Assembly (NCBI GenBank): GCA_047947115.1
Contig: CP170459.1
Coordinates: 544,001-608,000, forward strand
DNA: 64,000 nt
Direction of reading: 5' to 3'
Source: Verrucomicrobiota bacterium
GTDB taxonomy: Bacteria; Verrucomicrobiota; Verrucomicrobiia; Limisphaerales; AAA164-E04
Both the position numbers and the translations under genes were made by a program. Below the pieces are notes generated by a model. It searched no databases and was not told where the DNA came from. It worked only from the letters and a program-made list of their open reading frames with translations. This document shows, one piece after another, positions 31,981 to 43,470 of the stretch (position 1 is the first letter of the stretch; the number at the start of each line of letters is the position of its first letter).

Positions 31981-32766
31981 TTATTCCTCCAACCGATCGC
32001 AGGACCAAAGCAAACCACGCCCCACGGCCAGCAAAAAGTTTTTGTCTCGGAATGTGGAATCGTTGTGACCGTAGGTCGTGCCGAAAATGCGAGTCCCCTC
32101 AAAATCATTCACCCACATGACGGGATGTGCTTTGCCGTCCCGCTCGCTGATGCTGATCGTCAATGCCTGCGCACTCGGCCACAGTTTTTCGATGATGTAA
32201 AGCTCGTCCTTGGGAGAAGTCCAATCTTCGGGGAATCCTTGCATGATCGGGTGATTCGGAGCCACCACCTGAACAGGATACTCGTCCTGATGATCATGCC
32301 GGCGACTGGTGACGCCCAAAAACTGACGCCAGTCATCAAAAGGCGCCGAACGATAAGTATGCATTGCACAATGAATCACCACAGCCGGTACTCCTGATTT
32401 ATGTGCTTCGGTAATGCTTTTGACGTATTCTTCGTCATTGGTGTCCGCAAAGCATTCGTTGTGAACCACCACATCAAATTTTTTGGCCCAGTCCGCATCC
32501 TTATAGAGGTCGATTTGCCCGCGGGTACCATTCCCACCCTCATGAATCACCGTCCAGTCAATATCGGCATAAGGCTTCAAACCTTCTTGAAGAGCTTGAG
32601 ATTGAACTGCGTAATTATGGCAACAACCACCCGTCACCAACAAAGCCTTGATCGGTTTGTCACCGGATTTGTGGTGATCGGCATGGAGTGGACCAGAAAA
32701 ACAACATGCAACAGCCAAAACCGCTGACGCAATCGACAATAGCGAGGTGTAACCGGGAAATTTCAT
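31981..32766 (-). CDS. ThuA-like (trehalose utilisation, GATase-like) exported protein
   Basis: ALLVTGGCCH.Y, DVVVHNEC, IHCAMH, DELY, RIFGTTYGH; signal peptide from ATG 32766. Confidence 0.82.
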   Translation of the reverse strand: MKFPGYTSLLSIASAVLAVACCFSGPLHADHHKSGDKPIKALLVTGGCCHNYAVQSQALQEGLKPYADIDWTVIHEGGNGTRGQIDLYKDADWAKKFDVVVHNECFADTNDEEYVKSITEAHKSGVPAVVIHCAMHTYRSAPFDDWRQFLGVTSRRHDHQDEYPVQVVAPNHPIMQGFPEDWTSPKDELYIIEKLWPSAQALTISISERDGKAHPVMWVNDFEGTRIFGTTYGHNDSTFRDKNFLLAVGRGLLWSCDRLEE

Positions 32767-32964
32767 GGCGCTACCATGCAGGGATCGAATGGGAAAAACA
32801 AGTCTCCATTCGTTGATCCCTGAACGGCCGACCAATGGAAAGGAGTTCATCTTCCATGCCTCCTGTAACCAGCCAACCACTTGATAACGTCTAACGAAAC
32901 ACCATTGCTGACTTCACCGAAACTGATGGTGAAGCAAAAATGAAAACACCAAAAAGGTTCCAGC

Positions 32965-33945
32965 ATGAAAACTTTCATTCAATCCACACAATTAACCGCC
33001 GCTATTCTACTGAGTTGCGCCAGCGGGTCAGTCGGAACAGTCTCCATCACCGCTCATGACGGTCATCCTTCCGGGGCATCCCATGTCGTGGCCAATCAAC
33101 TCCCGCCAGAGCCAGGAAGGGTTCAAATGGAAACCAACTCCACCCACCGTATCATCCGAAGCAACGGCATCCCAAACCACGGAGTGGGACAATTTCCAAA
33201 CCGTAGAAATCCAAACAGCATCCGCGCTCAAAATTATACGTTTCGCATACCTCTGAATCCACAAAAAGCGGCCCGCCCCGTTGAACTCAACAGACAACCC
33301 TGGGGCATCGCCATCAACGGAGTGTTGTTCGATCCAGGCACGGCTGAATACTGGCAAGGCGACCGTTCCGGGGACTGGAATTACGAAGCGCTCAGCGGAA
33401 AGGTGAACCTTGGTCTGGATTCAAACCATGCCCATGTGCAACCCAACGGAGCATATCACTATCACGGACTACCAACCGGCCTGTGGAAAACGCTCTCCAT
33501 GGGCAAACCCGGGATCCACCTCCTTGGTTGGGCGGCGGATGGGTTTCCCATCTACGGTCCCTATGCGTATCAGAGTCCGAATGATCCCGGCAGCCCATTG
33601 ATCAAAATGAAATCTTCCTACCACCTGAAACCCGCCCCACGAGCCAGTGGGCCTGGAGGCCAACCGGACGGCACCTTTACCGCGGACTACCAATACGCCC
33701 ATGGATCAGGAGATCTGGACGAATGCGGAGGTAGAACAGGCGTGACCCCCGAATATCCTCAAGGCACTTACTACTACGTTTTGACAGAGGATTACCCATT
33801 CATCCCGCGCTTTTTCCGCGGTGAACCCGACTCAAGCTTTCGGCGTCGGGGTCCTGGAGCTGTGCCACCACGCGGCCAACGCCAAGGACCACCCATTCGC
33901 GGCACCGGGCAAGGTCGTCGCGACCCAAGACGCCCAAGGCTCTGA
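32965..33945 (+). CDS. YHYH-family protein
   Basis: SNGIPNH, GIAINGV, HVQPNGAYHYHG, GWAADGFPIYG, GDLDECGG, YYY; Arg/Pro/Gly-rich tail. Confidence 0.88.
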   Translation: MKTFIQSTQLTAAILLSCASGSVGTVSITAHDGHPSGASHVVANQLPPEPGRVQMETNSTHRIIRSNGIPNHGVGQFPNRRNPNSIRAQNYTFRIPLNPQKAARPVELNRQPWGIAINGVLFDPGTAEYWQGDRSGDWNYEALSGKVNLGLDSNHAHVQPNGAYHYHGLPTGLWKTLSMGKPGIHLLGWAADGFPIYGPYAYQSPNDPGSPLIKMKSSYHLKPAPRASGPGGQPDGTFTADYQYAHGSGDLDECGGRTGVTPEYPQGTYYYVLTEDYPFIPRFFRGEPDSSFRRRGPGAVPPRGQRQGPPIRGTGQGRRDPRRPRL

Positions 33946-34003
33946 TGCGCCCCGAAAAGTCTTTAGGCTTTATTCTGAAAGCCCACATGCTTAAAATCCG
34001 TTC

Positions 34004-34618
34004 GTGATTGCGTTGATCGATTATGGAGCGGGGAATCTTCGAAGTGTCCACAAGGCGTTGCTGCATTTGGGAGTGAAGGTCCGACTTGTCAGGGAACCTT
34101 CGGAACTAAAGGGGTGCCCTGGCATTGTCCTGCCCGGCGTGGGAGCGTTTGATGACTGCTCCCAGGCATTGCAGGGGCAATCCTTGATGGAGGCAACCCG
34201 CGAACGCATTCAGGAAGGTGCATGGTTTCTGGGGATTTGCGTCGGTTATCAAATCCTGTTCGAACGCAGCGAGGAATTTCAAAGCACATCATCCGGATTT
34301 GGTTTGTTCAAGGGCTCCGTGGTGCGCTTCCCCGATAAACCCGGGCTCAAGGTCCCGCAGATCGGCTGGAATCAGGTGAAATACACCCAGGATGACTGTC
34401 CTATTTTCAAAGGCATTCCCGACAACAGCCACTTCTACTTTGTGCACAGCTATCATCCCAAACCGGAAGATGCTTCCATTATTGCGGGAGAAACGGACTA
34501 TGAAGTGACCTTCGCCTCGGCGGTGTGGAAAGACCGGGTTTTCGCCACCCAATTTCACCCTGAGAAAAGTCAGGCGATAGGGCTTCAACTGCTGAAGAAC
34601 TTTGTGGAGATGGTTTAG
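34004..34618 (+). CDS. hisH: Imidazole glycerol phosphate synthase glutaminase subunit
   Basis: IDYGAGNL.SV, LPGVGAF, LGICVG.Q, YFVHSY, QFHPEKS. Confidence 0.96.
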   Translation: MIALIDYGAGNLRSVHKALLHLGVKVRLVREPSELKGCPGIVLPGVGAFDDCSQALQGQSLMEATRERIQEGAWFLGICVGYQILFERSEEFQSTSSGFGLFKGSVVRFPDKPGLKVPQIGWNQVKYTQDDCPIFKGIPDNSHFYFVHSYHPKPEDASIIAGETDYEVTFASAVWKDRVFATQFHPEKSQAIGLQLLKNFVEMV

Positions 34619-34971
34619 CTGCCATTGTAAACACACCGGGCAGTGCAGGTCTCGGCAACTTCGATGGCTTTCAACATCGGCAGTTCCGGCTTGAGGCGTT
34701 TCCAGATCCAAATGGCGACATTCTCGCTGGTCGGATTCTCAAGTCCCTCAATTTCGTTCAGATAATAGTGATCGAGCTGCTCCCAGAGCGGACGAAAGGC
34801 TTTTGAAATATCTGCATAATCCATTACCCATCCGAATGCCGGATCCACTGGGCCTTCAACAACCACTTCCACCTGAAAGCTGTGTCCGTGCAGGCGGCGA
34901 CATTTGTGCGTCTCCGGCAAACCGGGCAACAGATGCGCCGCCTCAAATTGAAATGTCTTTCTAAGTTCCAT
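34615..34971 (-). CDS. queD: 6-carboxy-5,6,7,8-tetrahydropterin synthase
   Basis: FEAAH.LP, CRRLHGHS, LDH.YLNEIEGLENPTSEN, ET. Confidence 0.93.
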   Translation of the reverse strand: MELRKTFQFEAAHLLPGLPETHKCRRLHGHSFQVEVVVEGPVDPAFGWVMDYADISKAFRPLWEQLDHYYLNEIEGLENPTSENVAIWIWKRLKPELPMLKAIEVAETCTARCVYNGS

Positions 34972-34987
34972 ATCTAAATTTCATCCA

Positions 34988-36349
34988 TCAAATTTCCCAA
35001 TCCACCCAGGTGACCAGATCGCCCAAAGCCGGGCGCCCGTCATGCCGCCACAACAACGGCGGTTTCTGCATGGCCCCCATCGCGCACACACGTGTCACGC
35101 CCCACCGCGCGAAGGTCTTGACCAATTCCGGTCCTTCGGTTGGAGATGCAGCCAAACCGATGGTGGACACCTTTCCATACACCTTTTCAAGACCCCCAAT
35201 CGCTTCGCGCAGTGTTTCGACTCGTTTCACATATATAAATCGATTCAAACAGGATAATTGAAACAATGGATCCTCTTCAAAAACAACCGTCCAGTCAGTC
35301 GAACCCTCACTCTTCCAAGTGACGGTGCCCGGAAGGTGCGCGGAGCGAATGTCGTAAAAGGAACGTCGTGAAGCAATCTGGGCGGCCTGTCGTGGATCGA
35401 GCGGACCGCGAGGTTCCTCAGCTTCGCGATCCTTGAGGTAATCAGCCAGTTTTTCGGCAAATTGGATCGGAGGAAGCTCAGGATTATCTTCCACATAAAT
35501 AACATGCGGCGAGAGGCAACCCAATTGATTCCAAGCCACGATGTCATCCACCGCCTTGTTCAACAAAGGACGAATTCCAAACCCCTGCAACGCACTCTTG
35601 GCGATATATCCAACGCTTACTTTGTGCCCATAACTCAAATAACGTGTCCCCTGTGGCAAACGATTCTGAATATCCGCAATGGTCTTATCGGATCCCATCG
35701 CTGTCACCAGATCCGTCTCTTCAAACACGGCCTGTTCCAAGTCATCATTCCCTCCCGCCCACTCGGCAATCTCAAGACATGCTCCCAACTTCGGATCGGT
35801 ATCATAAATCGAGTGCGCAAACATTCTGGGTAGAAAGGAGGCGCCGGATGTGCATTTGATCAACTGAGCCGACTTGGTCAGCAAACCGAGAATAATGTTG
35901 GTAAAAACACCATTCGGCAGCACCCCTCCTGAAATGTGAAGGATCAGTTCCGGTCCAACCGCCATACTCATGCGCTGCCCGGTCGGATCCGATTCGTTCG
36001 CGCAAGGTTCATCGAGTCGACGCAAATGCCCAAGGTCTTGTTCCACCAGTGCCTGCAGGTTTTCCTCGGTCACACCTTTCATGAAATCGAGCACACCCTT
36101 GATCAAGGTAGCACTTGGCAACCCCGTGGCCTGGGGACCGTGTTCAAAGGCGTATTGGCGGATGGGATAATTTTCATAACTCCAATGCTCGGCGACATTC
36201 GCAATCGTACGAATCAGACTGGCGGTTGTCCGTTCTTCCAGATACTTGCGCCGGTTGCGCTTCAAGGTCAGACACGCATCCGTGAGCATCTCCGGATTCA
36301 ACGGTTCTTCAGTTTTCAAGTCAGCTAGAAAATAATTGGGAAGATCCAT
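34988..36349 (-). CDS. luxC: LuxC-like acyl-CoA/acyl-protein reductase
   Basis: ALDH-like fold motifs LILHISGG.LP, LIK, A.GSD.TI, YGHKVS, NQLGCLSPH (catalytic Cys), G.TRVC..G.MQ.P...WRHDG. Confidence 0.82.
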   Translation of the reverse strand: MDLPNYFLADLKTEEPLNPEMLTDACLTLKRNRRKYLEERTTASLIRTIANVAEHWSYENYPIRQYAFEHGPQATGLPSATLIKGVLDFMKGVTEENLQALVEQDLGHLRRLDEPCANESDPTGQRMSMAVGPELILHISGGVLPNGVFTNIILGLLTKSAQLIKCTSGASFLPRMFAHSIYDTDPKLGACLEIAEWAGGNDDLEQAVFEETDLVTAMGSDKTIADIQNRLPQGTRYLSYGHKVSVGYIAKSALQGFGIRPLLNKAVDDIVAWNQLGCLSPHVIYVEDNPELPPIQFAEKLADYLKDREAEEPRGPLDPRQAAQIASRRSFYDIRSAHLPGTVTWKSEGSTDWTVVFEEDPLFQLSCLNRFIYVKRVETLREAIGGLEKVYGKVSTIGLAASPTEGPELVKTFARWGVTRVCAMGAMQKPPLLWRHDGRPALGDLVTWVDWEI

Positions 36350-36403
36350 GAGTCTTAATAAAAAGCACCTATAAGCCTGCTATGAGAAAAGCATCGGAAT
36401 CCA

Positions 36404-37564
36404 TCAGACAAAATCATCCGACATCAACGAACAACCGCGAGGTCCCGCATCCGCTGAACGCCCGATTACTTCAAAACCTTCCTTGTGACGGATGGCCACA
36501 TCCTCGGTCAGCACACTCAGGCAGGACCAAATGTTTGCAAGGTCAATGACGTGAATCATACCGGTCTCCCCGTAGCCCACTTCCAATCCCGTCTCAGGAG
36601 AAATCACCCGACAACGAGCCCAGGGCGGGAACTGGAACCGGCGTGGTGTTGCCCCGAAAGTACTCAAATTACCCGGATCAATTTGAGCATCGTAAGCTTG
36701 TGACGACAGTTCACTCATGCCGTATTCGCAGATAAAATGCCGCTTCTCCACTCCCAACTTGACAGCCAGTTGCTTGTAAAGATGTTCCTTGGGAATCTCA
36801 CGCGATTTACCTTTGTAGCCACCGGTCTCGAAAACCATCGATCCTTCGGGCAAGGACAACTGCTGCCCCTTGCTCTCCAAATAATCCAGCAAGTGTACAT
36901 ACAAAAAAGCGGTTCCAAAAAGACAGACAGGATGCTTCAATCCGTCCAGCTCTTGAATCGTCTGTTCCATGGGCAAGTCCCAGTTTCCATCCCGGCCCAA
37001 CTGACCGGCAAAACGATGGACAACCTCCTGCGGAAGATCCTTCGCAATGGTCGAGAACATATGAACCAGTGACGAATGTGGAACCCTGGAGGGTTCCGGA
37101 GTAAGGAACACACACTCCTTCACCAAGAACTGCTTCAAATTCCACGGAGGATGCTCGTGAAACCAGCGCAATAGAAGTTCCTCATAAAGCTCCAATGACG
37201 TATCACTGTGCCAATGCTTGCTGGTTTCAGAACCGGTGGTGCCGCTGGAATGAAATACTCTCGTGCGATCCGATGCAGGCAGACAAGTCCAATCCAGCGC
37301 CTTGAATGCGTGCGTCGAAATGGCCGGGATATTTTTCCAATGATACAACAGTGAACGACCCTGATTGGATTGTTCCACCTGTGCTGCAAAATGTGGATTT
37401 GCCTTACTCTGAAGTGAGGTCAATTCAAGGGACAAATCATTGAAGACATCGTCGCGCAACAGACAATGATCATCAGTCACGGCCCCCAGGCGATCATGCT
37501 CGGAGCGCACCATTTCGAGGAGACGTCTCTGAAAACCCCTCAACTGTTCAATCGGATCATTCAT
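36404..37564 (-). CDS. luxE: LuxE-like acyl-protein synthetase
   Basis: IPAI....FK, FHSSGTTG, ETGGYKG, EYGMSEL.SQ.Y, IDLAN..S...V.TED, GR......RGCS (acylated Cys). Confidence 0.85.
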   Translation of the reverse strand: MNDPIEQLRGFQRRLLEMVRSEHDRLGAVTDDHCLLRDDVFNDLSLELTSLQSKANPHFAAQVEQSNQGRSLLYHWKNIPAISTHAFKALDWTCLPASDRTRVFHSSGTTGSETSKHWHSDTSLELYEELLLRWFHEHPPWNLKQFLVKECVFLTPEPSRVPHSSLVHMFSTIAKDLPQEVVHRFAGQLGRDGNWDLPMEQTIQELDGLKHPVCLFGTAFLYVHLLDYLESKGQQLSLPEGSMVFETGGYKGKSREIPKEHLYKQLAVKLGVEKRHFICEYGMSELSSQAYDAQIDPGNLSTFGATPRRFQFPPWARCRVISPETGLEVGYGETGMIHVIDLANIWSCLSVLTEDVAIRHKEGFEVIGRSADAGPRGCSLMSDDFV

Positions 37565-37740
37565 GTGCGGTTTTATGTTTTACCCGGGGGAAATGGCTGG
37601 TTTTCCGCAACAGCCAAGCTCCACTGCTCCCGCGAGAGAACCACGAACAGTCCAAAGGGTCAAGATTAAGCCGACGCCATCAGAAGCCTTCCAATGTGCT
37701 GGAAGGAGGGAACTGATTTACTTGTCGTAAATCAATGGAA

Positions 37741-39216
37741 TCACAAGCGACCGGGCGACCGGGCCCCCGCACCTTCTGTCTTGGTCAGTGAATCCCCCAA
37801 GTCCAGGCGCATGGCCTGCGCCAATTCCTGCATCTCGGCCACAATCTCCGGATGCTGATCCTTTACATCGGTCGTTTCCCCGACATCTTTAGACAAATCG
37901 AACAGAGACAGCTCGATCCGGGACTGTTGGTAATCGGTCGGGATGCCGCCCGTACCGCCGGGATTACCTGCCATCGTGCGGTATCCATGTGGGAAATGAA
38001 GTTTCCATTTCCCCATACGCATGGCCTGCAACTCACGTCCGTAATACATGAAGTATGCTTTGTGAGGACTCTTGGCGCCAGGAACCCCCTTCAACAAGGA
38101 ACTGATGTCTTTTCCGTCGATCTTATGGCTCGGCAAGTCGGCTCCGATCAAACCGGCTACAGTAGGCAAAATATCAATTGTCATCGCTGGTTCCTTACAA
38201 AGCGTTCCTGCCGGAATGGTTCCAGGCCACCAGGCAATGGTGGATTCACGACAACCTCCATCGAACATCGTGCCTTTTCCTTCACGCAAAGGACCAGCTG
38301 TACCCGCGTGATCTCCATAGCTCAGCCAGGGACCATTATCCGAGGTGAACAAAACCAAGGTGTTTTTTTCAAGCTGATGCTTGCGGAGTGTTCCCAAAAT
38401 CTGCCCGACAGACCAATCCACTTCCATCATCACATCCCCAAACAATCCCACACCACTTTTGCCTTTGAACTTGTCGGAAACGTAAAGAGGCACGTGCACC
38501 ATGGAATGCGGTACGTAGAGAAAAAACGGACGATCCTTGTTTTTTTCGATAAAAGCAACCGCTCGTTCCGTGTATTGCGTCGTCAATTGCTCCTGATCTT
38601 TGGGATAAACCTCAGGATTGACGATCTCGTTCCTGTCGATCAATGGCAGATGCGGCCAACGCTTAATGCGTTCTTCCATCGACAAATGACGCACCCCCGG
38701 ATGGTAAGGCCACATGTCATTGGAGTAAGGAAGGCCAAAATAATCGTCAAACCCGTGTTGCATGGGTAAAAACTTCTCGTGATGTCCCAGATGCCATTTC
38801 CCATAAACGGCTGTAGCGTAGCCCTTTTGCTTGCAAATTTCAGCCAAAGTCACTTCGTTGTGATGAATCCCATGCGTCGCCCCTGGCCCAAGGGCCCCCA
38901 GGATGCCCACGCGCACGTTGTAGCATCCGGTCAGCAACCCAGCTCGACTGGCCGAACAAACTGCCTGGGTGACGTAAAAATCGGTAAACATGCGCCCTTC
39001 CCTGGCCATCCGGTCTAAATGAGGAGTCTGATAATCCTTGGCCCCAAAAGGGCCGATGTCTCCGTAACCCATGTCATCCATGAATATCACCACAATGTTG
39101 GGTTGCTTATCGGCAGCGGAAGCAGCGTGGCCCATCACCAGCGTAACAAAGGCCAAAGCAAGTGCGGTGGCGGAACGAAGCGAAGCAGATTTAAAAAATG
39201 TTGGAATGCTGTTCAT
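37741..39216 (-). CDS. Sulfatase (arylsulfatase A-like, C-x-A-x-R signature)
   Basis: [47 protein letters not shown]; signal peptide from ATG 39216. Confidence 0.93.
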   Translation of the reverse strand: MNSIPTFFKSASLRSATALALAFVTLVMGHAASAADKQPNIVVIFMDDMGYGDIGPFGAKDYQTPHLDRMAREGRMFTDFYVTQAVCSASRAGLLTGCYNVRVGILGALGPGATHGIHHNEVTLAEICKQKGYATAVYGKWHLGHHEKFLPMQHGFDDYFGLPYSNDMWPYHPGVRHLSMEERIKRWPHLPLIDRNEIVNPEVYPKDQEQLTTQYTERAVAFIEKNKDRPFFLYVPHSMVHVPLYVSDKFKGKSGVGLFGDVMMEVDWSVGQILGTLRKHQLEKNTLVLFTSDNGPWLSYGDHAGTAGPLREGKGTMFDGGCRESTIAWWPGTIPAGTLCKEPAMTIDILPTVAGLIGADLPSHKIDGKDISSLLKGVPGAKSPHKAYFMYYGRELQAMRMGKWKLHFPHGYRTMAGNPGGTGGIPTDYQQSRIELSLFDLSKDVGETTDVKDQHPEIVAEMQELAQAMRLDLGDSLTKTEGAGARSPGRL

Positions 39217-39323
39217 GGTATGAGCATGAAGCCTTCCAAAAAAATCTCCGAAAAGCAAGCGTGCAGCATCAAAAACCCATCTTCGTGCTTGACCTTACGT
39301 GACTTTTTGCTTGCATACGGAGG

Positions 39324-39707
39324 ATGAATTTCAAGTTTTTCCTATTTTGCGCGCTTCTGGCGATCATGTTGTCCGGAACAAGCGGGTGCTATTCCACCGC
39401 GGACGGTAACAAGCGGACGGGCATGCCCTTTCTGAAAGACTCGGTCGTAGGCCGCTACGAACGCCCCTTGGATCAAATCTACGAAGCCGCTGTCGAGGTG
39501 CTCCGCTTCAATGGCACCGTTGTCACCGAAAACCGCATCAACAACTCACTGACCGCCCGCGTGGACAACAAGACGGTCTGGGTGCGCGTGCAGGAGGAAA
39601 GCCCGACCATCACCCAATTGGAAGTGCAGGCCCGTGGCAGATGGGGTAGCCCTGATGTGGACCTGGCAAGTGAGATGGAAAAGCAGATCGCTCTCCAACT
39701 GCGATAA
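39324..39707 (+). CDS. DUF3568-like lipoprotein
   Basis: Lipobox TSGC; Y......IYEAA.EVL; ends E.QI..QL. Confidence 0.65.
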   Translation: MNFKFFLFCALLAIMLSGTSGCYSTADGNKRTGMPFLKDSVVGRYERPLDQIYEAAVEVLRFNGTVVTENRINNSLTARVDNKTVWVRVQEESPTITQLEVQARGRWGSPDVDLASEMEKQIALQLR

Positions 39708-39712
39708 ACCGA

Positions 39713-40906
39713 CTATTCCGTTTGGAAATTTTCAATCGAAGGGCCTGTCTCCATGGACCGGCCCTTCTTTGATTTACGGGCTTCCAACTTCAGGCGCTTC
39801 AACCTCTCACGCATGCGCACAGCATGCCCGTTCTCCGGAAATCGCTCGATGTATTCTTCCAAGGCCATTTTTGCGGCTTCCGAACTACCGGTAAAACGAC
39901 AGTAAACATCGGCGATTTGGTTATACCACCTCGCCAATTTTGCCGGGGATTGATGCGGCATCCGGGTCAATTCCCTGAGCTGATCGATCGCCCAATCAAT
40001 TTTCCCGTAATGTTCGGCGTAAAGCCAGGCAAGCTGCTCGCGCACATCGCTGTCCTGCGGATGCCTGGTCAGATGCTCGACCATCTGATGCGCCCTGGCT
40101 TCCTGGTTCTCTTTGGGCGCCTGTACAGCGCTGGAATCTTTCGCCAATCCCAGTTTGAGATTGTTTTTCTTTACCTCAAACTTTTTCGGTTCCCTGCGTT
40201 TGGTCAAAAAGTCGTCGTCCTGCAGGTGAGCAATGCGCTGAGCGGCTTTGTCTGCCTGCTCCGTACCCGGAAACTCATATTCAACACGTTGCAGACACTG
40301 CCTGGCCTTGGCAGGATCGTTGCGATACTTCAAATGAAAATCAGCAAGTCTGTTCAACACAAACGATCCGTTAACCACACCAGGATCACATTCACCGACA
40401 AAATACTCAAGCAACTCAACCGCCTCATCCACCTCTCCCTTGTGCTCGGCCAGAATTTCCGCAAGCAACATATGCCCCTGCATGTCGAAGGGAAAATCAG
40501 CCAATTGAACCCGAATATCAGCAATGGCTTCATCATATCGACCCCGCTTTTTCTTGGCTTCCGCCATGGCATAAAACGGCGTGGGGTCCGGCTCCACACT
40601 GCCGCCGTCAAATGTGTTCGTCAAAGGGGCGAACAGTGTTTTCCCGATAGTCGGCGCCCACATGATGCCCAGTATCAGACAAACAACCGCAGTAATCGGA
40701 ACCATGAAAAGCATGCCGGGTTTTCCGGCAAATTTGGCAAGCCCGAAAAGCCACCCCCCCATGAGGACAGCCGATATGACCCACTTCAACACCAAGGCAG
40801 CCGGTTCATCTGAACGCTTGAGCGAAGCATGAGCAATCCGCCAACCTAACCAGCTGAAAAAGCCCATGGCGCAAATTCCGATCAAGATATTTAATGCCAT
40901 TTCCAT
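39713..40906 (-). CDS. Membrane protein with TPR-like C-terminal region
   Basis: Three N-terminal TM helices followed by helical repeats (G.YDEAI...L..FP.D....MLLAEI). Confidence 0.7.
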   Translation of the reverse strand: MEMALNILIGICAMGFFSWLGWRIAHASLKRSDEPAALVLKWVISAVLMGGWLFGLAKFAGKPGMLFMVPITAVVCLILGIMWAPTIGKTLFAPLTNTFDGGSVEPDPTPFYAMAEAKKKRGRYDEAIADIRVQLADFPFDMQGHMLLAEILAEHKGEVDEAVELLEYFVGECDPGVVNGSFVLNRLADFHLKYRNDPAKARQCLQRVEYEFPGTEQADKAAQRIAHLQDDDFLTKRREPKKFEVKKNNLKLGLAKDSSAVQAPKENQEARAHQMVEHLTRHPQDSDVREQLAWLYAEHYGKIDWAIDQLRELTRMPHQSPAKLARWYNQIADVYCRFTGSSEAAKMALEEYIERFPENGHAVRMRERLKRLKLEARKSKKGRSMETGPSIENFQTE

Positions 40907-40997
40907 CGACGATATCCTTTCGTTTGTATGCCTCGTTGGGCAAACAAGTTGGGTGCTACGGGAAACTTAGACAGCGAATTTGAAAAAATGCACGTTT

Positions 40998-42029
40998 TTA
41001 TTTCGATTCGAAATTCAACACCACCGCATAAGACCCGGGATTGTGATAATCCCCACACTCAAAAGCATTCTGAAGAAACCGACCGGCGTGGATCACCTGC
41101 ACATCTTGGCAAAATGGCTCAATAAACTCCAACACTCGCGCAAGACTCAACCGATTCCAATGATACCCGTCCTTGGGTTCCACCAAATGATCGGCTCGAT
41201 CCGCCATATTGAAAAAACACAAGCACGCCATACCACGCGTCACCCGGCAGACCTCCCTGAGTCCCTGGTGCATGCCTTGAATCGAAAGATGTTCGAACAG
41301 GTCGTGCACAAAAAAGTAATCCACCGAATCGGTTTCCGCCTGTATTTCAAACACATTCCCCACCTCAAACCGAGCCTTGGGGAATTGTGCAAGGGCATTG
41401 GAAATATTCTTCGGGCAGATATCAAACCCCTGGTAATTCATGATTGCCGACATACCAAAAGCATCCATGTACCGATAGTCATTGGCGGAACCACAGGCTG
41501 CTTCCATCACGGAGATTGGAGCCATGTCCCATTGTTTAAAAACCTCGCGCCAACGGTTTTGAAAGCCGGTCAGCACTCTTGGATCCAACTCCGTCGCTCC
41601 AAGAGACTCAGTGCATCGCAGGGCCTGATCGATATAATGCTCAACCGGATCGGGACTGCTCCTCTGCAGTCGCCATGTTTCAATGAAGTAGGCAGGGATG
41701 GGAATGGATTGAAAAGAATCCATTCCACTCTCCAAAGCTTCCAGCAACAAGGCACGCGTCCTGGGGGCTGGACGGCGCTGAAGCACGCTGAGCACATAGC
41801 TCATGGAAATACCAAAACGATATTCCGACCAAATCAATTCCCGATACTTCTCCGGCTGAAGACGGTCCACCAACAACCCACGTGAGAGAATACTCGGAAA
41901 ATGAATACGGGGATCTTCCACGCTGGAAACGAGATAATCCTTCAGAAATCCATCTTCATGCCGCATCCATGCCTCACGCAGTGCATGCGATTCGGAACTC
42001 AAGTCGGTCTGATTATTCATGGTGGACAT
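40998..42029 (-). CDS. Class I SAM-dependent methyltransferase
   Basis: VMEAACGS, GFDI...NI..A, FEVGNV, DLFEHL...LRE.CRV. Confidence 0.75.
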   Translation of the reverse strand: MSTMNNQTDLSSESHALREAWMRHEDGFLKDYLVSSVEDPRIHFPSILSRGLLVDRLQPEKYRELIWSEYRFGISMSYVLSVLQRRPAPRTRALLLEALESGMDSFQSIPIPAYFIETWRLQRSSPDPVEHYIDQALRCTESLGATELDPRVLTGFQNRWREVFKQWDMAPISVMEAACGSANDYRYMDAFGMSAIMNYQGFDICPKNISNALAQFPKARFEVGNVFEIQAETDSVDYFFVHDLFEHLSIQGMHQGLREVCRVTRGMACLCFFNMADRADHLVEPKDGYHWNRLSLARVLEFIEPFCQDVQVIHAGRFLQNAFECGDYHNPGSYAVVLNFESK

Positions 42030-42034
42030 TCAAG

Positions 42035-42062
42035 AAAAAAGGGCGACCCGTGGATCGCCCTT
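42035..42062 (-). terminator. Intrinsic terminator after gap
   Basis: GGGCGA-loop-TCGCCC stem with T6 tail on the minus strand. Confidence 0.75.
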
Positions 42063-42090
42063 CTGAAATAACTCTAGGAAAACTGATACC

Positions 42091-43164
<1,074 letters not shown>

Positions 43165-43195
43165 TCAAATGCTCAGTTCAAAAAATGAGAGATGG

Positions 43196-43223
43196 ATACT
43201 AATCACCACCCGCCCCGCGTCAA
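43196..43223 (-). promoter_or_regulatory. Sigma-70 promoter for gap
   Basis: Minus strand TTGACG-16 nt-TAGTAT. Confidence 0.55.
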
Positions 43224-43470
43224 TGGCGAATTTACGGGCATCATTCGTCTTCGTCTATTCGTCCCATTGCGATTCGAAGTGGTGGGATATCGCTTTAATT
43301 TAGCATACGCTGCCGCGCGTCCTCCGCATTGCCTGGATGTAAACTGAAATCTGCCATTGTCTGATTGATCTGGCATACTGACTGCTTTAAAATGATTCTC
43401 AGATTCAAGAACAACACTCACCATTGGGTGTGTTCAGGTGAAACCCTTTTCCTCTCAGGAAAGTTCATTC

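Noticed and set aside
32912..32934. Inverted repeat CTTCACC-9 nt-GGTGAAG between the divergent ThuA and YHYH genes
   Set aside because: It is a single 7-bp repeat with no second copy noticed, too weak to call an operator.
34988..37564. Bioluminescence operon
   Set aside because: No luxA, luxB, luxD or luxG is in the window, and orphan luxC/luxE homologues are not evidence of light production.
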